Assembly (NCBI GenBank): GCA_044869275.1
Contig: JBIOXB010000048.1
Location: 1 to 64,000, forward strand
DNA from: a bacterium
Lineage (GTDB): Bacteria; Zhuqueibacterota; Zhuqueibacteria; Zhuqueibacterales; Zhuqueibacteraceae
Direction: 5' to 3'
Length of the DNA: 64,000 nucleotides
Positions 40,830 through 51,349 of this stretch are shown here, piece by piece (position 1 is the first letter of the stretch; every line of letters starts with the position of its first letter). The notes beneath the pieces were generated by a model, which was given only the letters and a program-made list of their open reading frames with translations, was not told where the DNA came from and searched no databases. Made by a program: the position numbers and the translations under genes.

Positions 40830-41882
40830 TCAACTCTTGGAACGTCGCGACGAGCCGCTACTGCTCGAGCCCGAGGAAGAGCCGCGCGTCGAGGAGGAGC
40901 TTCCCGAAGAAGAAGTTGAGCCGGAGCTGCCGGAGTATCCGTGCCCGGAGGAAGAATTGCCATTCGATGAACCGCGGCGCGAAGTGCCACTGTCGCGCGC
41001 CGGCTGTGATACTTTCTCAGTTGGCCGTGAGCGCCTTTCGACCGCGCCCCGGCCCGAGTTCTTTTCCCGCGTACCCCGCGCCGGTGCTTTTTCCACCTCG
41101 GGAGTGCGCGCTGGTTTGGCAACCGCGCCGGTGCCTATGGTTGGCGTGCTGATCGTTCCTCCGGTCTCCGGCACCGGTTCCTGGCGTGTCACGCGCCGGC
41201 GATCAGTAGCATGATCATCTGTCCCACTGCCACCGGTCGTTGCCACCGGCTCCGCAACTCTCCGTCGTTCGCGGCGATAACTGCCGTCTTCACCGCGTAC
41301 ATAAATTGATTCCGCCGGACGGCTCAAACTGCCGCGCTTGGCGATGGCGCCATTGCTCGGTGTGCCTCCATTCCGCTCACGATTGGTTGAGCGACGGGAG
41401 AACGGACGTTTCTCAGGTGTATAACCGCCGCCGCCGTGAGGATAAGGGTCATAAACTGGATAGTAAACATAACCTGGCCGGCCCCACGGCGAATACCAAT
41501 AGCTTGGCCCACATCCCCCCCACCAAGGATCCCAACCCGAACCACACCAGCCCGGTCCCGAGAAGGGGTCATACCAATAGGGGTCATAATAATGATAGCC
41601 GATGCCGACATACAAGCCGGTGGGAGGATAGCGATACCACCACGCATCCCATGGGTCATACCAAGGGCGTCCATAGTAATAGTCGCTGTAGTCATAGGGG
41701 TAGGTGACTCGGCGGACATCATCAGTGCGCTGATCCTGCACTTCTTCAACCGGCTCCGTGGTTTCGGAGTATTCCGGCTCACCTTCGCCACGATCCGGGC
41801 GCGCTACTTGCGTATAACAGCCATTCACCACCAACATGGTGATAACTGCCGTTACAGCCAGCACTGTTGAGCTTAATTTCAT
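40830..41882 (-). CDS. Lipoprotein with Tyr/Trp/Pro-rich core and Ser/Arg/Gly-rich disordered tail
   Basis: Lipobox VNGC followed by YTQ; AGGAGG RBS; upstream of the FadL-like gene. Confidence 0.75.
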   Translation of the reverse strand: MKLSSTVLAVTAVITMLVVNGCYTQVARPDRGEGEPEYSETTEPVEEVQDQRTDDVRRVTYPYDYSDYYYGRPWYDPWDAWWYRYPPTGLYVGIGYHYYDPYWYDPFSGPGWCGSGWDPWWGGCGPSYWYSPWGRPGYVYYPVYDPYPHGGGGYTPEKRPFSRRSTNRERNGGTPSNGAIAKRGSLSRPAESIYVRGEDGSYRRERRRVAEPVATTGGSGTDDHATDRRRVTRQEPVPETGGTISTPTIGTGAVAKPARTPEVEKAPARGTREKNSGRGAVERRSRPTEKVSQPARDSGTSRRGSSNGNSSSGHGYSGSSGSTSSSGSSSSTRGSSSGSSSSGSSRRSKS

Positions 41883-41995
41883 GGCAACGAGCCTCCTTTT
41901 CAAATCTCAGGCGTTCGTTGAAAGTGGTTTCGTCCAATCTCAGCCAATTTGTTTAATCGCTTTGGGATGAATTGTGTTCCCAACTTTTTTTAAAT

Positions 41996-42010
41996 ACAAG
42001 CATTATGCCA
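41996..42010 (-). promoter_or_regulatory. Sigma54-like -24/-12 motif upstream of the lipoprotein/FadL genes
   Basis: TGGCATAATGCTTGT. Confidence 0.45.
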
Positions 42011-42168
42011 TGGCAGCAACTGGAGAAATCACAAAAATGAATGGAAGTGAGTCGCCATAAACTGTTTATTTGAGATAGGGGATCTTCACCTCATGACGAC
42101 TCGTGTAGTTTCGCGTGTTAAAATGACACGTGCTTGTAAAAATCATGAACAATGAGGCCAATCCAGTT

Positions 42169-42591
42169 TCATTTCTTCACCCATTCTGGCAGTTTCTTCA
42201 GCATTTTTCTTAACGCCGGCTCGGAGACGGTAGCCATGGCCTCCTGCAATGACAGCCATTGCCGCGTGCGAAAATCAGCATCTTCCCAAACTTTGAAAAC
42301 TTTAGTCACGCGCAGCAGATAAACTTGTACCTGGCACTTGCCGTCCCACTTCTCATACGAGTATTGACCGATTTTGCGTTCATCCACGATGCCGCTGACG
42401 CCCGCTTCTTCCAATGCTTCCTTGGCGGCCGATTCCGCCGGCGAAAGATCGTGCTCGATCACCCCTTTGGGAACGATCCAGCGGCCTTTGCGTGTGGTGA
42501 TCAACAGGATTTCTACCTTGCCCTTGTGCGCGCGGTAAGGAATGACGGCGGATTGCCGATAGAGCCCGTCAGAATAGCTTGATTCCGTCAT
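42169..42591 (-). CDS. NUDIX hydrolase (Ap6A/DIPP-like)
   Basis: WIVPKG..E.......AAKEALEEAG; start may be 42624. Confidence 0.85.
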   Translation of the reverse strand: MTESSYSDGLYRQSAVIPYRAHKGKVEILLITTRKGRWIVPKGVIEHDLSPAESAAKEALEEAGVSGIVDERKIGQYSYEKWDGKCQVQVYLLRVTKVFKVWEDADFRTRQWLSLQEAMATVSEPALRKMLKKLPEWVKK

Positions 42592-42786
42592 GTTGCTAGT
42601 CAAGTTGGTCGAATCAGCTCTCATGCCACCTCGCCACGCCAAGTCTTAGGGAACTTCCACTGTTTTGGAAAGCAAATTATGATTATTTTGGGAAAAGTCA
42701 AGCTACACTTTCTGCGGCGATGATTGGTTCTTTTGATCGCGGAATCAGTTTTGGATTTGGCGCCTCGCTTTCGAAAATTTGGCAGA

Positions 42787-43461
42787 ATGAAAAGTCTCGT
42801 AAAACCCGGCATAAGCTCGCGCGTGGCTACGTCACAAACGGACATACATCCGAAACTGCGAAGATTGCATGCGCAATATCAGCAAGCCGCTTTCAATAAA
42901 CCGGCCTCCGAACACACGCGCCGCGCGTTTGCGCGCGCGGAAGAACTCGCGCGCACTCAGGGCAGGCCGCTGATTTTGGATTCCGGCTGTGGCGTGGGCG
43001 AAAGCACGGTAGCACTGGCAAAGGCGTTTCCCGATCATTTGGTGTTGGGCATTGACAAATCCGTCGCACGGTTGAACAAGCATCATGCCTATCGCGATCT
43101 ACAGATTCAGAATTATGCCCTCCTGCGCGCGGATTTGGTGGACTTTTGGCGGCTGGCCGCCGCACACCAATGGCAGGTCGAGCGGCACTATATTTTGTAT
43201 CCCAATCCCTGGCCCAAGAAAGAAGCGGTCAAGAAAAGATGGCATGGCCATCCGGTGTTTGCCGATCTGCTCAAGCTGGGAAAGTATCTCGAGCTGCGCA
43301 GCAATTGGAGGATCTATGTGGAAGAATTCGCCTACGCGGTTTTTCTGTGCACCGGCAGAAAATTCGAAGTGACGTCCTATGCGCCCGCGCCGCCGATCAC
43401 GCCGTTCGAGCGGAAATACCTGGCGAGCCAGCAAGAGTTCTATCGCTTGGTGATGAGTTAG
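42787..43461 (+). CDS. TrmB-like SAM-dependent methyltransferase
   Basis: LDSGCGVG, YPNPWPK, RSNW..Y and TPFERKY. Confidence 0.78.
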   Translation: MKSLVKPGISSRVATSQTDIHPKLRRLHAQYQQAAFNKPASEHTRRAFARAEELARTQGRPLILDSGCGVGESTVALAKAFPDHLVLGIDKSVARLNKHHAYRDLQIQNYALLRADLVDFWRLAAAHQWQVERHYILYPNPWPKKEAVKKRWHGHPVFADLLKLGKYLELRSNWRIYVEEFAYAVFLCTGRKFEVTSYAPAPPITPFERKYLASQQEFYRLVMS

Positions 43462-43466
43462 CCGGG

Positions 43467-45410
43467 CTATTGTAATAAAACCAGTTTCTTGACCGCGGCA
43501 AACCGTTCCGTTTGCAGGCGGTAAAAATAAATCCCGCGCGCCACGGGCCGGCCCGCGCGATCCAAGCCGTTCCATTTCACCACCCGTTCTCCCGGCGGCA
43601 ACAAGCCTTCCTGTAAACGAATGATTTCCTGGCCGAGCGTGTTGTAGATTGCCAATTGCACGGTCGCCGCTCCGGGCAGAACATACGCAATGCTGGTTTC
43701 GTGCAGCATGGGGTTGGGATGGTTCTGCCGCAATTCGAACGCGACCGGCAGACTTCCGTCCACTTTTTCTTGCACAGCAACCATGCCGCTCGTGACCGGC
43801 AAAACCAGGTGTGACGGTTGCGCGGCGTCGAGATAAATTTTGTTGGTGGCCACGACGGTATCCTGCCCCACGCGGAAAGGGTTGCCGCTGTTGGGATTGG
43901 GATCGAAACGCGGGTCATTGCTGCTGCTGACCGCCACGCGCAGGCGATGCCCGCGATTGAACAGCATTGCCGTTGACCACAAATCAATCTCGCATTCATA
44001 AATCGAACCCGGCGAGAGCAAATCTTCACGCGAGGTGGAAAGGCGATGCCGCGCGCGCACCGCGCCGTCGGCGACCAGCATCGACCGGCCGTCGGGATAC
44101 ACGTCCGTCAGCTTCGCCATGAAATCCGTGTCTCGCGCCGAGGACGAGAACCAAAGTTTTACCTTGAGCGCGCCAACCACTTCCAGCGGCTCGGCCAAAA
44201 CCGGTGAGGTGAAAACCAACACGTCGGCCCGCGCTTCGGTTGCGCGTTGATCGAAAGGCCCGGCAGGCATTGAAAGGTTCTTGCCGCCCACAGTGGGCAC
44301 GGTTTGGCGCGGATCATAAACATAACTTGCAAAAGAGGAAGCTGCCGCCGGCCGGCTGGGTTGCAGCCCGCCACCGGCGTGAAAATAAAACGGAGTGGCT
44401 TGCGCTGCCGGCGGCCAGTCTTCCGCCGTGCGCCAGTCGTTTCCCGGCGCGCCTTCTTCAATCGCGCCCATGAGGTAATATTTCACCGCCGGTTCGGACA
44501 TGACGCCGTTGTCCTTGCCGAGCAGCCAGTAATCAAGCCAGCGGAAGACTTCTTCCAGATCGTTGAGCTTGGAATTTGCCGGATAATCCAGCTCGCCCTG
44601 CCGGGTCTCACGCCACCCGCCATGCGTCCAGGGGCCGATCACCAATTTTTGTCTGCCGCGCGCTACCTCGCCACCGAGATGTTGCGCGCCGGTGAAGGCT
44701 TCGATCGTGCCCTGCAAAAAGATGTCATACCAGCCGCCCCAATGATACATGGGCACATTCACCACGGGCCAGCGCGTTTTCAAATCAAGGCGCTGCCAGA
44801 TGGCATCATAGCGCGGACGCCCCACCACGAACGGCAGCAAGTGTGGGTTGTCTTGCGAGATTAACCACTTTTCCACCAAGTTTTTCAAAAACACGCCGCC
44901 GGGATAAGCCGCTTGCGCATACATATCAGTCGCGCCGACGGCCACGAATTGGCACACGAGATGGGGCGGTGCGCTGCCGGCGAGCATATACTGCGTAATA
45001 CCCAGGGCCGACGCGCCGAAAGTGCCTACCTTGCCATTGCTCCAGCTTTGCGCTGCGACCCACTCCACCGTGTCGTAGCCGTCCTGCTTCGCTCCCCAGC
45101 CGTCGTCCAGAAAAAGGCTGTCGATGCCTTCAGAAGCGAAACGGCCGCGCGTATCCTGCGTCACCACGGCATAACCCAGGAGGGTCAGAAAGCCGAATAT
45201 CGCTTCCTCGTCCGGATCGACGTTTTTGCCGTAGGGCGAGCGAATCAGGATCGTGGGCCATTTCCCGGGAGTTTCGGAGAGATAAACGTCCGTGGCCAGG
45301 CGAATACCGTCGCGCATGGTCACCATGAGAGTGGTTTTGATGTAGGCGGGCAGCGGCGCAGCAAGGAGGCACAGCCAGCAGATGCTGTAGTGAATGATCT
45401 TCATTTTCAC
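43467..45410 (-). CDS. CocE/NonD family hydrolase with C-terminal FlgD/Por-secretion-type domain
   Basis: MRDGIRLATD, RGRFASEG, GASALG, GWYD and GPWTH; tail QNHPNP..WNG.D..G..V..GIYFY. Confidence 0.9.
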   Translation of the reverse strand: MKMKIIHYSICWLCLLAAPLPAYIKTTLMVTMRDGIRLATDVYLSETPGKWPTILIRSPYGKNVDPDEEAIFGFLTLLGYAVVTQDTRGRFASEGIDSLFLDDGWGAKQDGYDTVEWVAAQSWSNGKVGTFGASALGITQYMLAGSAPPHLVCQFVAVGATDMYAQAAYPGGVFLKNLVEKWLISQDNPHLLPFVVGRPRYDAIWQRLDLKTRWPVVNVPMYHWGGWYDIFLQGTIEAFTGAQHLGGEVARGRQKLVIGPWTHGGWRETRQGELDYPANSKLNDLEEVFRWLDYWLLGKDNGVMSEPAVKYYLMGAIEEGAPGNDWRTAEDWPPAAQATPFYFHAGGGLQPSRPAAASSFASYVYDPRQTVPTVGGKNLSMPAGPFDQRATEARADVLVFTSPVLAEPLEVVGALKVKLWFSSSARDTDFMAKLTDVYPDGRSMLVADGAVRARHRLSTSREDLLSPGSIYECEIDLWSTAMLFNRGHRLRVAVSSSNDPRFDPNPNSGNPFRVGQDTVVATNKIYLDAAQPSHLVLPVTSGMVAVQEKVDGSLPVAFELRQNHPNPMLHETSIAYVLPGAATVQLAIYNTLGQEIIRLQEGLLPPGERVVKWNGLDRAGRPVARGIYFYRLQTERFAAVKKLVLLQ

Positions 45411-45695
45411 TTTCCATATACTTGATGAAATTCCAAGCGAGCAGTCTTCCTGCTGTGAGCATGAAGAAAATTCCCCTTCGAAGTCAATCTGTGTCAGAGA
45501 ACAGCCCGGGGTGCGAACTGGTTAAACGATGGGCAGCGCCTCCTTTTGCTTAGCAAAATTCTTCGTGAATTGCAAGCAGAAGCTGAAATTGTCCGTCCGG
45601 CGCTGGCATTGCTGCCAGGCGATGGGGAGTCCAGTGGGCAGAAGGAAAAATTGGAAAATCTGAGCAGTTACTTGCAGCGTGAACGGAGGAGGCCG

Positions 45696-46880
45696 TTACT
45701 TTCCAAAGAAAATCGAAAAATCCACCCACGGCACGAATGGAAAACCGTTATTACCCCAGAATTCGTCCGAGCTGACCAGGGCCACGTCAACGGCCAATTT
45801 TTCGCCGAAGAAACGCACACCGCCCGAAAACATGAATATGTTGTTTTCATTAGTGAAAAGCCAGTTTTCGGTCAACACCTTCGCGCCGCTGGAGACCTGC
45901 ACTTCACCGCCCAACAGCAGCACGGGGTGGGTATCCTCGTTGGCAACGAAAGGCATGCCCACGCCCAGCGTCACGCTGCCGCGGCTCGATCCGAATGTGC
46001 CGACACCATAGCCCAGGGCGGCATCCTCTCCGCCTTCAGGAATGGCCATGTACAAAAGCCCGGTGGAGAATGCAGCGTGAGAAGAAATCGGAAAGGAAAG
46101 TTTCGGGCCGAAGTAAGCGAGCTGCGAGGAAGCTCCGGGCACCAGCGATATGCCGCCGCTTATGGCGATATTGTCGGTAATGCCCACCGCCAAAGTTGGA
46201 AAGAAGAGAAAATAATCGGCAAAATAAGCCTGGCCGGCTTTGAGGCCGCGCCCGGTGGGCGCCAGCAGCAAACGTGTGCTGTTGGGGTCCTGGAGATAGT
46301 ATTCGCCGGCGACAATCTCGCCGGACAAGTCTTCGATGAGGTCGATTTGAGCGTCCGGCAGCGTGACTTGAACGCCGCCGGGCGTTTGCACGAATAAGGT
46401 ATCGGTTTGTGCGCGCAGCAAAGCTGCATGAATGGCGCTGCCATCGCGCAAAGCGATTTTTTTGAGCCTGCCGCGTTCCTTCCAGAAGTGATCGGCAATG
46501 GGATAGACCGCGACCGCAGGCGTCCCTGCGTTGCGTGCTGAGGCTTGAACGCGGGCATCGATTCTCGCCAAGAATTGACGCTTACTCTCCGGCGTGAGTG
46601 CAATCCTTGCCCATTGCGCCCCGGCGGAATCATTGCGCAAAACGTGCAGAACAAAATTTCGTTCGCCATTCTGCGCGCGACCGGCATATAACCGCGCCGC
46701 GCTGAATCCACGGACCGCGCCAAAGAGATTGTAGCGCGCGTTTTCCTGCGCCTCCACCACCTCGCCCAACTCCGTGTGAAAAGACTGCACGTGCTCCTTC
46801 GAGTCCTGGGCAAATACCCCGCTCGCCGCCATTCCCAATGCCAGGATGGCGATCCCGGCGCGGATCGATCGTGTGTTCAT
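45696..46880 (-). CDS. Exported hypothetical protein with C-terminal beta-barrel-like domain
   Basis: Signal peptide; DPNSTRLLLAPTGRGLKAG; aromatic C-terminus. Confidence 0.65.
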   Translation of the reverse strand: MNTRSIRAGIAILALGMAASGVFAQDSKEHVQSFHTELGEVVEAQENARYNLFGAVRGFSAARLYAGRAQNGERNFVLHVLRNDSAGAQWARIALTPESKRQFLARIDARVQASARNAGTPAVAVYPIADHFWKERGRLKKIALRDGSAIHAALLRAQTDTLFVQTPGGVQVTLPDAQIDLIEDLSGEIVAGEYYLQDPNSTRLLLAPTGRGLKAGQAYFADYFLFFPTLAVGITDNIAISGGISLVPGASSQLAYFGPKLSFPISSHAAFSTGLLYMAIPEGGEDAALGYGVGTFGSSRGSVTLGVGMPFVANEDTHPVLLLGGEVQVSSGAKVLTENWLFTNENNIFMFSGGVRFFGEKLAVDVALVSSDEFWGNNGFPFVPWVDFSIFFGK

Positions 46881-47044
46881 GTTGAGATTCTCCTCGGTTT
46901 TGCGCATTGCTTTTTCCACCTCACGTATCATGGCGGAAGGAATTCATGAAACCCGTCTGGTTACTTATGGTATTGGACCACACCAGAAAGTCCATCAACG
47001 GGAGTGCCAAAACCATGGCCAGAAGGCGGAAAAGGGCGAAAGGC

Positions 47045-48661
47045 TCAAATTCCAAACCGGCGTGTAAAGGCATTGGAGAAAATTGCCTCCGGGTCCAATT
47101 GCCGCTTTGTTTCCAAAATGTCATTCCAACGCTCATATTGCGTCTTGAGGTATTCTTCGCGTAGCCACATGCTCTTTCCCCAGTGGGCGCGGCAGTGATG
47201 GTTCATCACCAGATTGGAAATCTGCTCCAGCAGGCGCGCGTTGTTCTGCATAAAAAAAGCCAGCCAAAGTGAATCACGCTTGTAGCAGGGGCTCAATAAG
47301 AAGTCTTCCTTTCCTCCGCATCGTACGCCCACCGGCAGCGAAGGAAAAGCCCTGTGCGCTTGAAATAACTTGTCCAATTCCAGCAGCAGGCAGGCGGCGT
47401 TTGCCAGGGGCACGGCAATCTCGACTTCCAACGGCCGTTTGAGATTATCTTTAAGATACCCGCTGACCCGCCCATCTTCTCCAATGGGAGCCAGGATCTC
47501 ATCCCAGTCGCCCACGATGGATTCCTGGAACAACTTTTCCGGGAACAGGCCGGGAAGCGGGAGCCTGTTGCACATCATGCAGATCGAGTCATTCTTCAAG
47601 TTGAAGCGCTGCTCGCGTTTTCCTCCAGTTTTGTTTGCTTCCGTCGGCTGCGCCTTGTACAAAAGGACATTGCCGGCCGAGGGAATCCAGATGGCACTGA
47701 GATACCGCCACCGCCGGTTGACCTCATCCAGTGAATGAATGAACTTCGCCAGCGAGACAATCTCCTTTTCCAGATGTAACCGGAAGTGAGGCACGCAGCG
47801 CAGCGTGACTTCGGAGATGATACCGAATATCCCAAAGGAGATTCCGACATAATCAAAGAGCTCGTCCTCCCTATGAATCAGCCTGAGGGTGCCGTCGGCG
47901 AGCACAAGCTTCATCGCGTGCAGCGAGCTGGACATCGATCCATAATGCACCGAGCCGCCATGCGTGCCGGTTGAAACTGCCCCTGCCACTGTCACGCCCG
48001 CCCATTCTCCCAAGCTGGGCAGCGCCAGCCCGTTTGCTTTCAGAATCTGGAACAATTGGCTGAGCTTCATGCCGGCTTGAACCGTGACCAGATCACCGTC
48101 GATGGAGATGAGCTCATTAAGCGCGCCGAGGTCGAGCGAAATTCCGGCCGTATGAAAATTTTTGTTCTTCGACCCCATGCCGCCTCGCGGCCTGATCGGA
48201 ATGTTTTGCGCTAACTCGGAAAAGTACTTTGTACGGCTGTAATGGTTGAGCTGATCTATATTCTGTGGAACGCTCTCTTCGGTGTAGACGTTGTCCGGCG
48301 TGCACGTCGCCGCATAAACTGAAATCGAACTCACGTGCACGAACAACCCGCATCTCGCTGCCGCGGCGTGTTGCGCCAGCCGCTTCGTGCCCAACACGTT
48401 GACGGCGTAGCTGCGCTCGTAATCGTGCTTGGCCATCGTGGCGGCACAGCGCAAAACGGCATCCGCGCCCTGCACCAGCTCAGCAAGTGCAGCGTCATCT
48501 GCAAGACCACCGAGTGAGACCTCGCAGCCCTGGCTCCTCCAATGACGGCTGATTTCGGATGCGCTGCGAAATAGAGCCTTCGTGCGGTATTTGCCTTGCA
48601 GTTCCTGGAGCAAAGCCTGGCCCAGACATCCACTCGCTCCGGTCACGCAAATGGTTTTCAT
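47045..48661 (-). CDS. Chimeric ORF: truncated NAD-dependent epimerase/extended SDR fused to an FAD-linked oxidase (ALO/gulonolactone oxidase-like)
   Basis: VTGASGCLG...HVSS...YSRTK, then immediately IRPRG..., VTVQAGM, TVAGAVSTGTHG, HWGK and DPEAIFSN. Confidence 0.7.
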   Translation of the reverse strand: MKTICVTGASGCLGQALLQELQGKYRTKALFRSASEISRHWRSQGCEVSLGGLADDAALAELVQGADAVLRCAATMAKHDYERSYAVNVLGTKRLAQHAAAARCGLFVHVSSISVYAATCTPDNVYTEESVPQNIDQLNHYSRTKYFSELAQNIPIRPRGGMGSKNKNFHTAGISLDLGALNELISIDGDLVTVQAGMKLSQLFQILKANGLALPSLGEWAGVTVAGAVSTGTHGGSVHYGSMSSSLHAMKLVLADGTLRLIHREDELFDYVGISFGIFGIISEVTLRCVPHFRLHLEKEIVSLAKFIHSLDEVNRRWRYLSAIWIPSAGNVLLYKAQPTEANKTGGKREQRFNLKNDSICMMCNRLPLPGLFPEKLFQESIVGDWDEILAPIGEDGRVSGYLKDNLKRPLEVEIAVPLANAACLLLELDKLFQAHRAFPSLPVGVRCGGKEDFLLSPCYKRDSLWLAFFMQNNARLLEQISNLVMNHHCRAHWGKSMWLREEYLKTQYERWNDILETKRQLDPEAIFSNAFTRRFGI

Positions 48662-48785
48662 GGGCGCGCGTGTTGGTTGAGCTTCGGAGAATTGGGACGG
48701 GTGTTTGGCGGCCGCCGAGGCGACACGACTTCTCAACAGCCTTGCACCGTGGCAACGTTGATTGCTGAGATTGCGTTAGAGCAGA

Positions 48786-48800
48786 TCAAATAGAGTGCCA
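48786..48800 (-). promoter_or_regulatory. Sigma54-like -24/-12 motif upstream of the SDR/oxidase ORF
   Basis: TGGCACTCTATTTGA. Confidence 0.4.
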
Positions 48801-49051
48801 AGCACTGCGGAGTTTTGAAGGGAGGCTATCTGTGGGCAGAGTTGTGATTTAGCGAAAGTGAAGCCGCACGTGGATGGTGTTCTCCAGCGGCCACATCCTT
48901 CGCTAAGAATAGCGAGTCCTTGCGGTGATTGTTTGCGCAGGAGTTGGGCTCGCTGAAACTCGTGTCCAAAGCCGGAGCCGGCATGGATCGCGGAGGTTCG
49001 ATCGCGGCCCTTTTTGCGGAATGAGGTGTGCAGCGAAACAGGGGATACCGG

Positions 49052-49459
49052 CTATTCGAATTGTCGTGTCGCATTCCAATGCCGAATGTGTTCGATAATA
49101 TCGCGCGTGTCCGTGCCCGGGCCGAAGACCCGGCTCACGCCTTGTTGCTCGAGCTCTTTCGCGTCGTCGGGCGGAATCGTGCCGCCGGCGAGCACGAGCA
49201 CGTCCTCCATTTGATTCTTTTTGAGCAAGTCGATCACGCGCGGCATCAGCGTCATATGCGCGCCGGAGAGCAAGGAAATGCCGACGACGTCCACATCCTC
49301 CTGCAATGCTGCCTCCGCCAGCATTTCCGGGGTTTGGTGCAAACCGGAATAAATCACTTCGAAGCCGGCATCGCGCAGGGCGCTGGCGATGACCTTCGCA
49401 CCGCGGTCGTGGCCATCGAGGCCAACCTTTCCCACCAGCACTCGAACTTTGCGTTGCAT
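49052..49459 (-). CDS. Cobalamin-binding small subunit of acyl-CoA mutase
   Basis: GLDGHDRG (DxHxxG), SLLSGAH and GGTIP. Confidence 0.92.
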   Translation of the reverse strand: MQRKVRVLVGKVGLDGHDRGAKVIASALRDAGFEVIYSGLHQTPEMLAEAALQEDVDVVGISLLSGAHMTLMPRVIDLLKKNQMEDVLVLAGGTIPPDDAKELEQQGVSRVFGPGTDTRDIIEHIRHWNATRQFE

Positions 49460-49486
49460 AGTATTGCTCCACGAATGGTTTGCCAA

Positions 49487-49600
49487 TCCTACTTTTGCTC
49501 GTACTCCTACTCCTACTCTTGCTCCTACTCGCTTTGGGAAGGCGAAAAAACGAGTAAGAGTTAGGGGTGTGAGTATGAGCATGAGCTGGGTTGAGTTAAG
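49487..49600. repeat. Hexamer (TACTCN / NGAGTA) tandem repeats in inverted arrangement
   Basis: GTACTCCTACTCCTACTCTTGCTCCTACTCG...CGAGTAAGAGTTAGGGGTGTGAGTATGAGCATGAG between the mutase subunits. Confidence 0.7.
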
Positions 49601-49612
49601 GTGCAACCTTGG

Positions 49613-51277
49613 TCAAAACACCGGCTCTTCCCGCCAAGTGCCGTACACGCCCTTTAACTCGTTGATGATCTCACCCAACGTGCAATAGGCGCGACTGCAA
49701 TCAATCAATGCCGGCATGACATTGCGATTTTCTTGAGCCGTTGATTTGAGCTGCGCCAAAGTTTGCCGCACCGCCGTGTTATTTCGTTCCTTGCGCAGTT
49801 TGGCAAGATGGCGCTGCTGCTCTTTTTCCACGGTGGTATCGATTTTTAAAATCGGGATCTCGAGCTTCTCGTCCGGGTCGGCATAGGCGTTCACGCCGAC
49901 GATGATGCGCTCTTTCTTTTCGATCTCTTCCTGGTACTTGCGCGCTGCTGCCGCAATCTCGCGTTGCATAAAGCCTTGTTTGATCGCGGGAATCACGCCG
50001 CCGAGCGCGTCGATTTTTTCAAAGTACTCCTCCGCCTCGCGCTCCATTTGCGAGGTGAGATGTTCGATGAAATACGAGCCACCCAGGGGATCGACGGTGT
50101 TGATCACGCCGGTCTCGTGCGCGAGGATTTGCTGCGTGCGCAGCGCGATCTTCGCGGCCTGTTCTGTGGGCAGCGCCCAGGTTTCATCCAAAGAATTGGT
50201 GTGCAGCGATTGCGTGCCGCCGAGCACACCCGCGAGCGCTTCGATCGCGGTGCGGATGATGTTGTTCATCGGCTGCTGGCCGGTCAACGAGCAGCCCGCC
50301 GTCTGCGTATGAAACCGCAGTTTCCACGAGCGCTCGTCTTTGGCGCCGTACTTTTCGCGCATGCGGCGCGCGTAAATTCTCCGCGCCGCGCGGAATTTGG
50401 CAATCTCTTCAAAAAAATCTAAGTGTGAATTGAAGAAGAACGACAGGCGCGGGGCGAAATCGTCGAGGTTCAGGCCGGCTTGCATCGCCGCTTCGATATA
50501 GGCAAAGCCGTCGGCGAGCGTAAACGCCAGTTCCTGCACCGCTGTGCTGCCTGCTTCACGAATGTGATAGCCGCTGATCGAAATGGTGTTCCATTCCGGC
50601 ACATGGCGGGCACAGTATGCGATGGTGTCCACCACCAGCTTCATCGAAGGCTCGGGCGGGAAAATGAACTCTTTTTGCGCGATGTATTCTTTGAGAATGT
50701 CGTTCTGCAGCGTGCCGCGCAATTTGTGCTGCGGCACGCCCTGCTTTTCCGCCACGCAAATATAGAACGCCAGCAGCACCGCCGCCGGCGAGTTGATGGT
50801 CATCGAGGTGCTGACTTTGTCGAGTGGAATGCCCTCGAACAGTATTTCCATGTCGCGCAAAGAAGAAATGGCCACGCCGCACACACCCACTTCGCCTTCG
50901 GCATGCGGATCATCCGCATCGCGGCCCATCAACGTGGGCAGATCGAAAGCGGTGGACAACCCGGTCTGGCCATGTTCGAGCAAATATTTGAAGCGCGCAT
51001 TGGTGTCCGCGGCCGTACCGAAGCCGGCGAACTGCCGCATGGTCCACAAGCGCCCGCGATACATGTTGGCGTGCACGCCGCGCGTGTAAGGATACTCTCC
51101 GGGGAAGCCGATATCGCGCTTGAAATCGAGCTGCTCGATATCCTCCGGCCCATAGAGATCGTGAATCGGCACGCTGGAGGTGGTCATGAATTTGCCGGGG
51201 CGCTCTTTGAGCTGCGCGCGCGTTTCTTTCTCCCAGCGTTCGCGCTCGTGGCGATTGGAGGTCGGGTCGAGAGACAT
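49613..51277 (-). CDS. B12-dependent acyl-CoA mutase large subunit, isobutyryl-CoA mutase-like signature
   Basis: [35 protein letters not shown] and QSLHTNS. Confidence 0.9.
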   Translation of the reverse strand: MSLDPTSNRHERERWEKETRAQLKERPGKFMTTSSVPIHDLYGPEDIEQLDFKRDIGFPGEYPYTRGVHANMYRGRLWTMRQFAGFGTAADTNARFKYLLEHGQTGLSTAFDLPTLMGRDADDPHAEGEVGVCGVAISSLRDMEILFEGIPLDKVSTSMTINSPAAVLLAFYICVAEKQGVPQHKLRGTLQNDILKEYIAQKEFIFPPEPSMKLVVDTIAYCARHVPEWNTISISGYHIREAGSTAVQELAFTLADGFAYIEAAMQAGLNLDDFAPRLSFFFNSHLDFFEEIAKFRAARRIYARRMREKYGAKDERSWKLRFHTQTAGCSLTGQQPMNNIIRTAIEALAGVLGGTQSLHTNSLDETWALPTEQAAKIALRTQQILAHETGVINTVDPLGGSYFIEHLTSQMEREAEEYFEKIDALGGVIPAIKQGFMQREIAAAARKYQEEIEKKERIIVGVNAYADPDEKLEIPILKIDTTVEKEQQRHLAKLRKERNNTAVRQTLAQLKSTAQENRNVMPALIDCSRAYCTLGEIINELKGVYGTWREEPVF

Positions 51278-51349
51278 GGTCAACTCCGCGGGTTATGAGT
51301 GACAGCCAAGGCTTTGTGTTTTGAGTTTTTCGTTTCCGGCCTATCCGGG

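Noticed and set aside
40830..41000. Ser/Gly-rich repeat-like DNA
   Set aside because: It encodes the low-complexity tail of the lipoprotein and is not a separate element.
45411..45695. Possible riboswitch upstream of the CocE hydrolase
   Set aside because: No recognisable conserved aptamer core by eye; an Rfam scan would be needed.
49460..49606. N-terminal extension of the B12-binding subunit in the ORF track
   Set aside because: It is translated hexamer repeat DNA. The likely start is ATG 49459 with a GGAG RBS.
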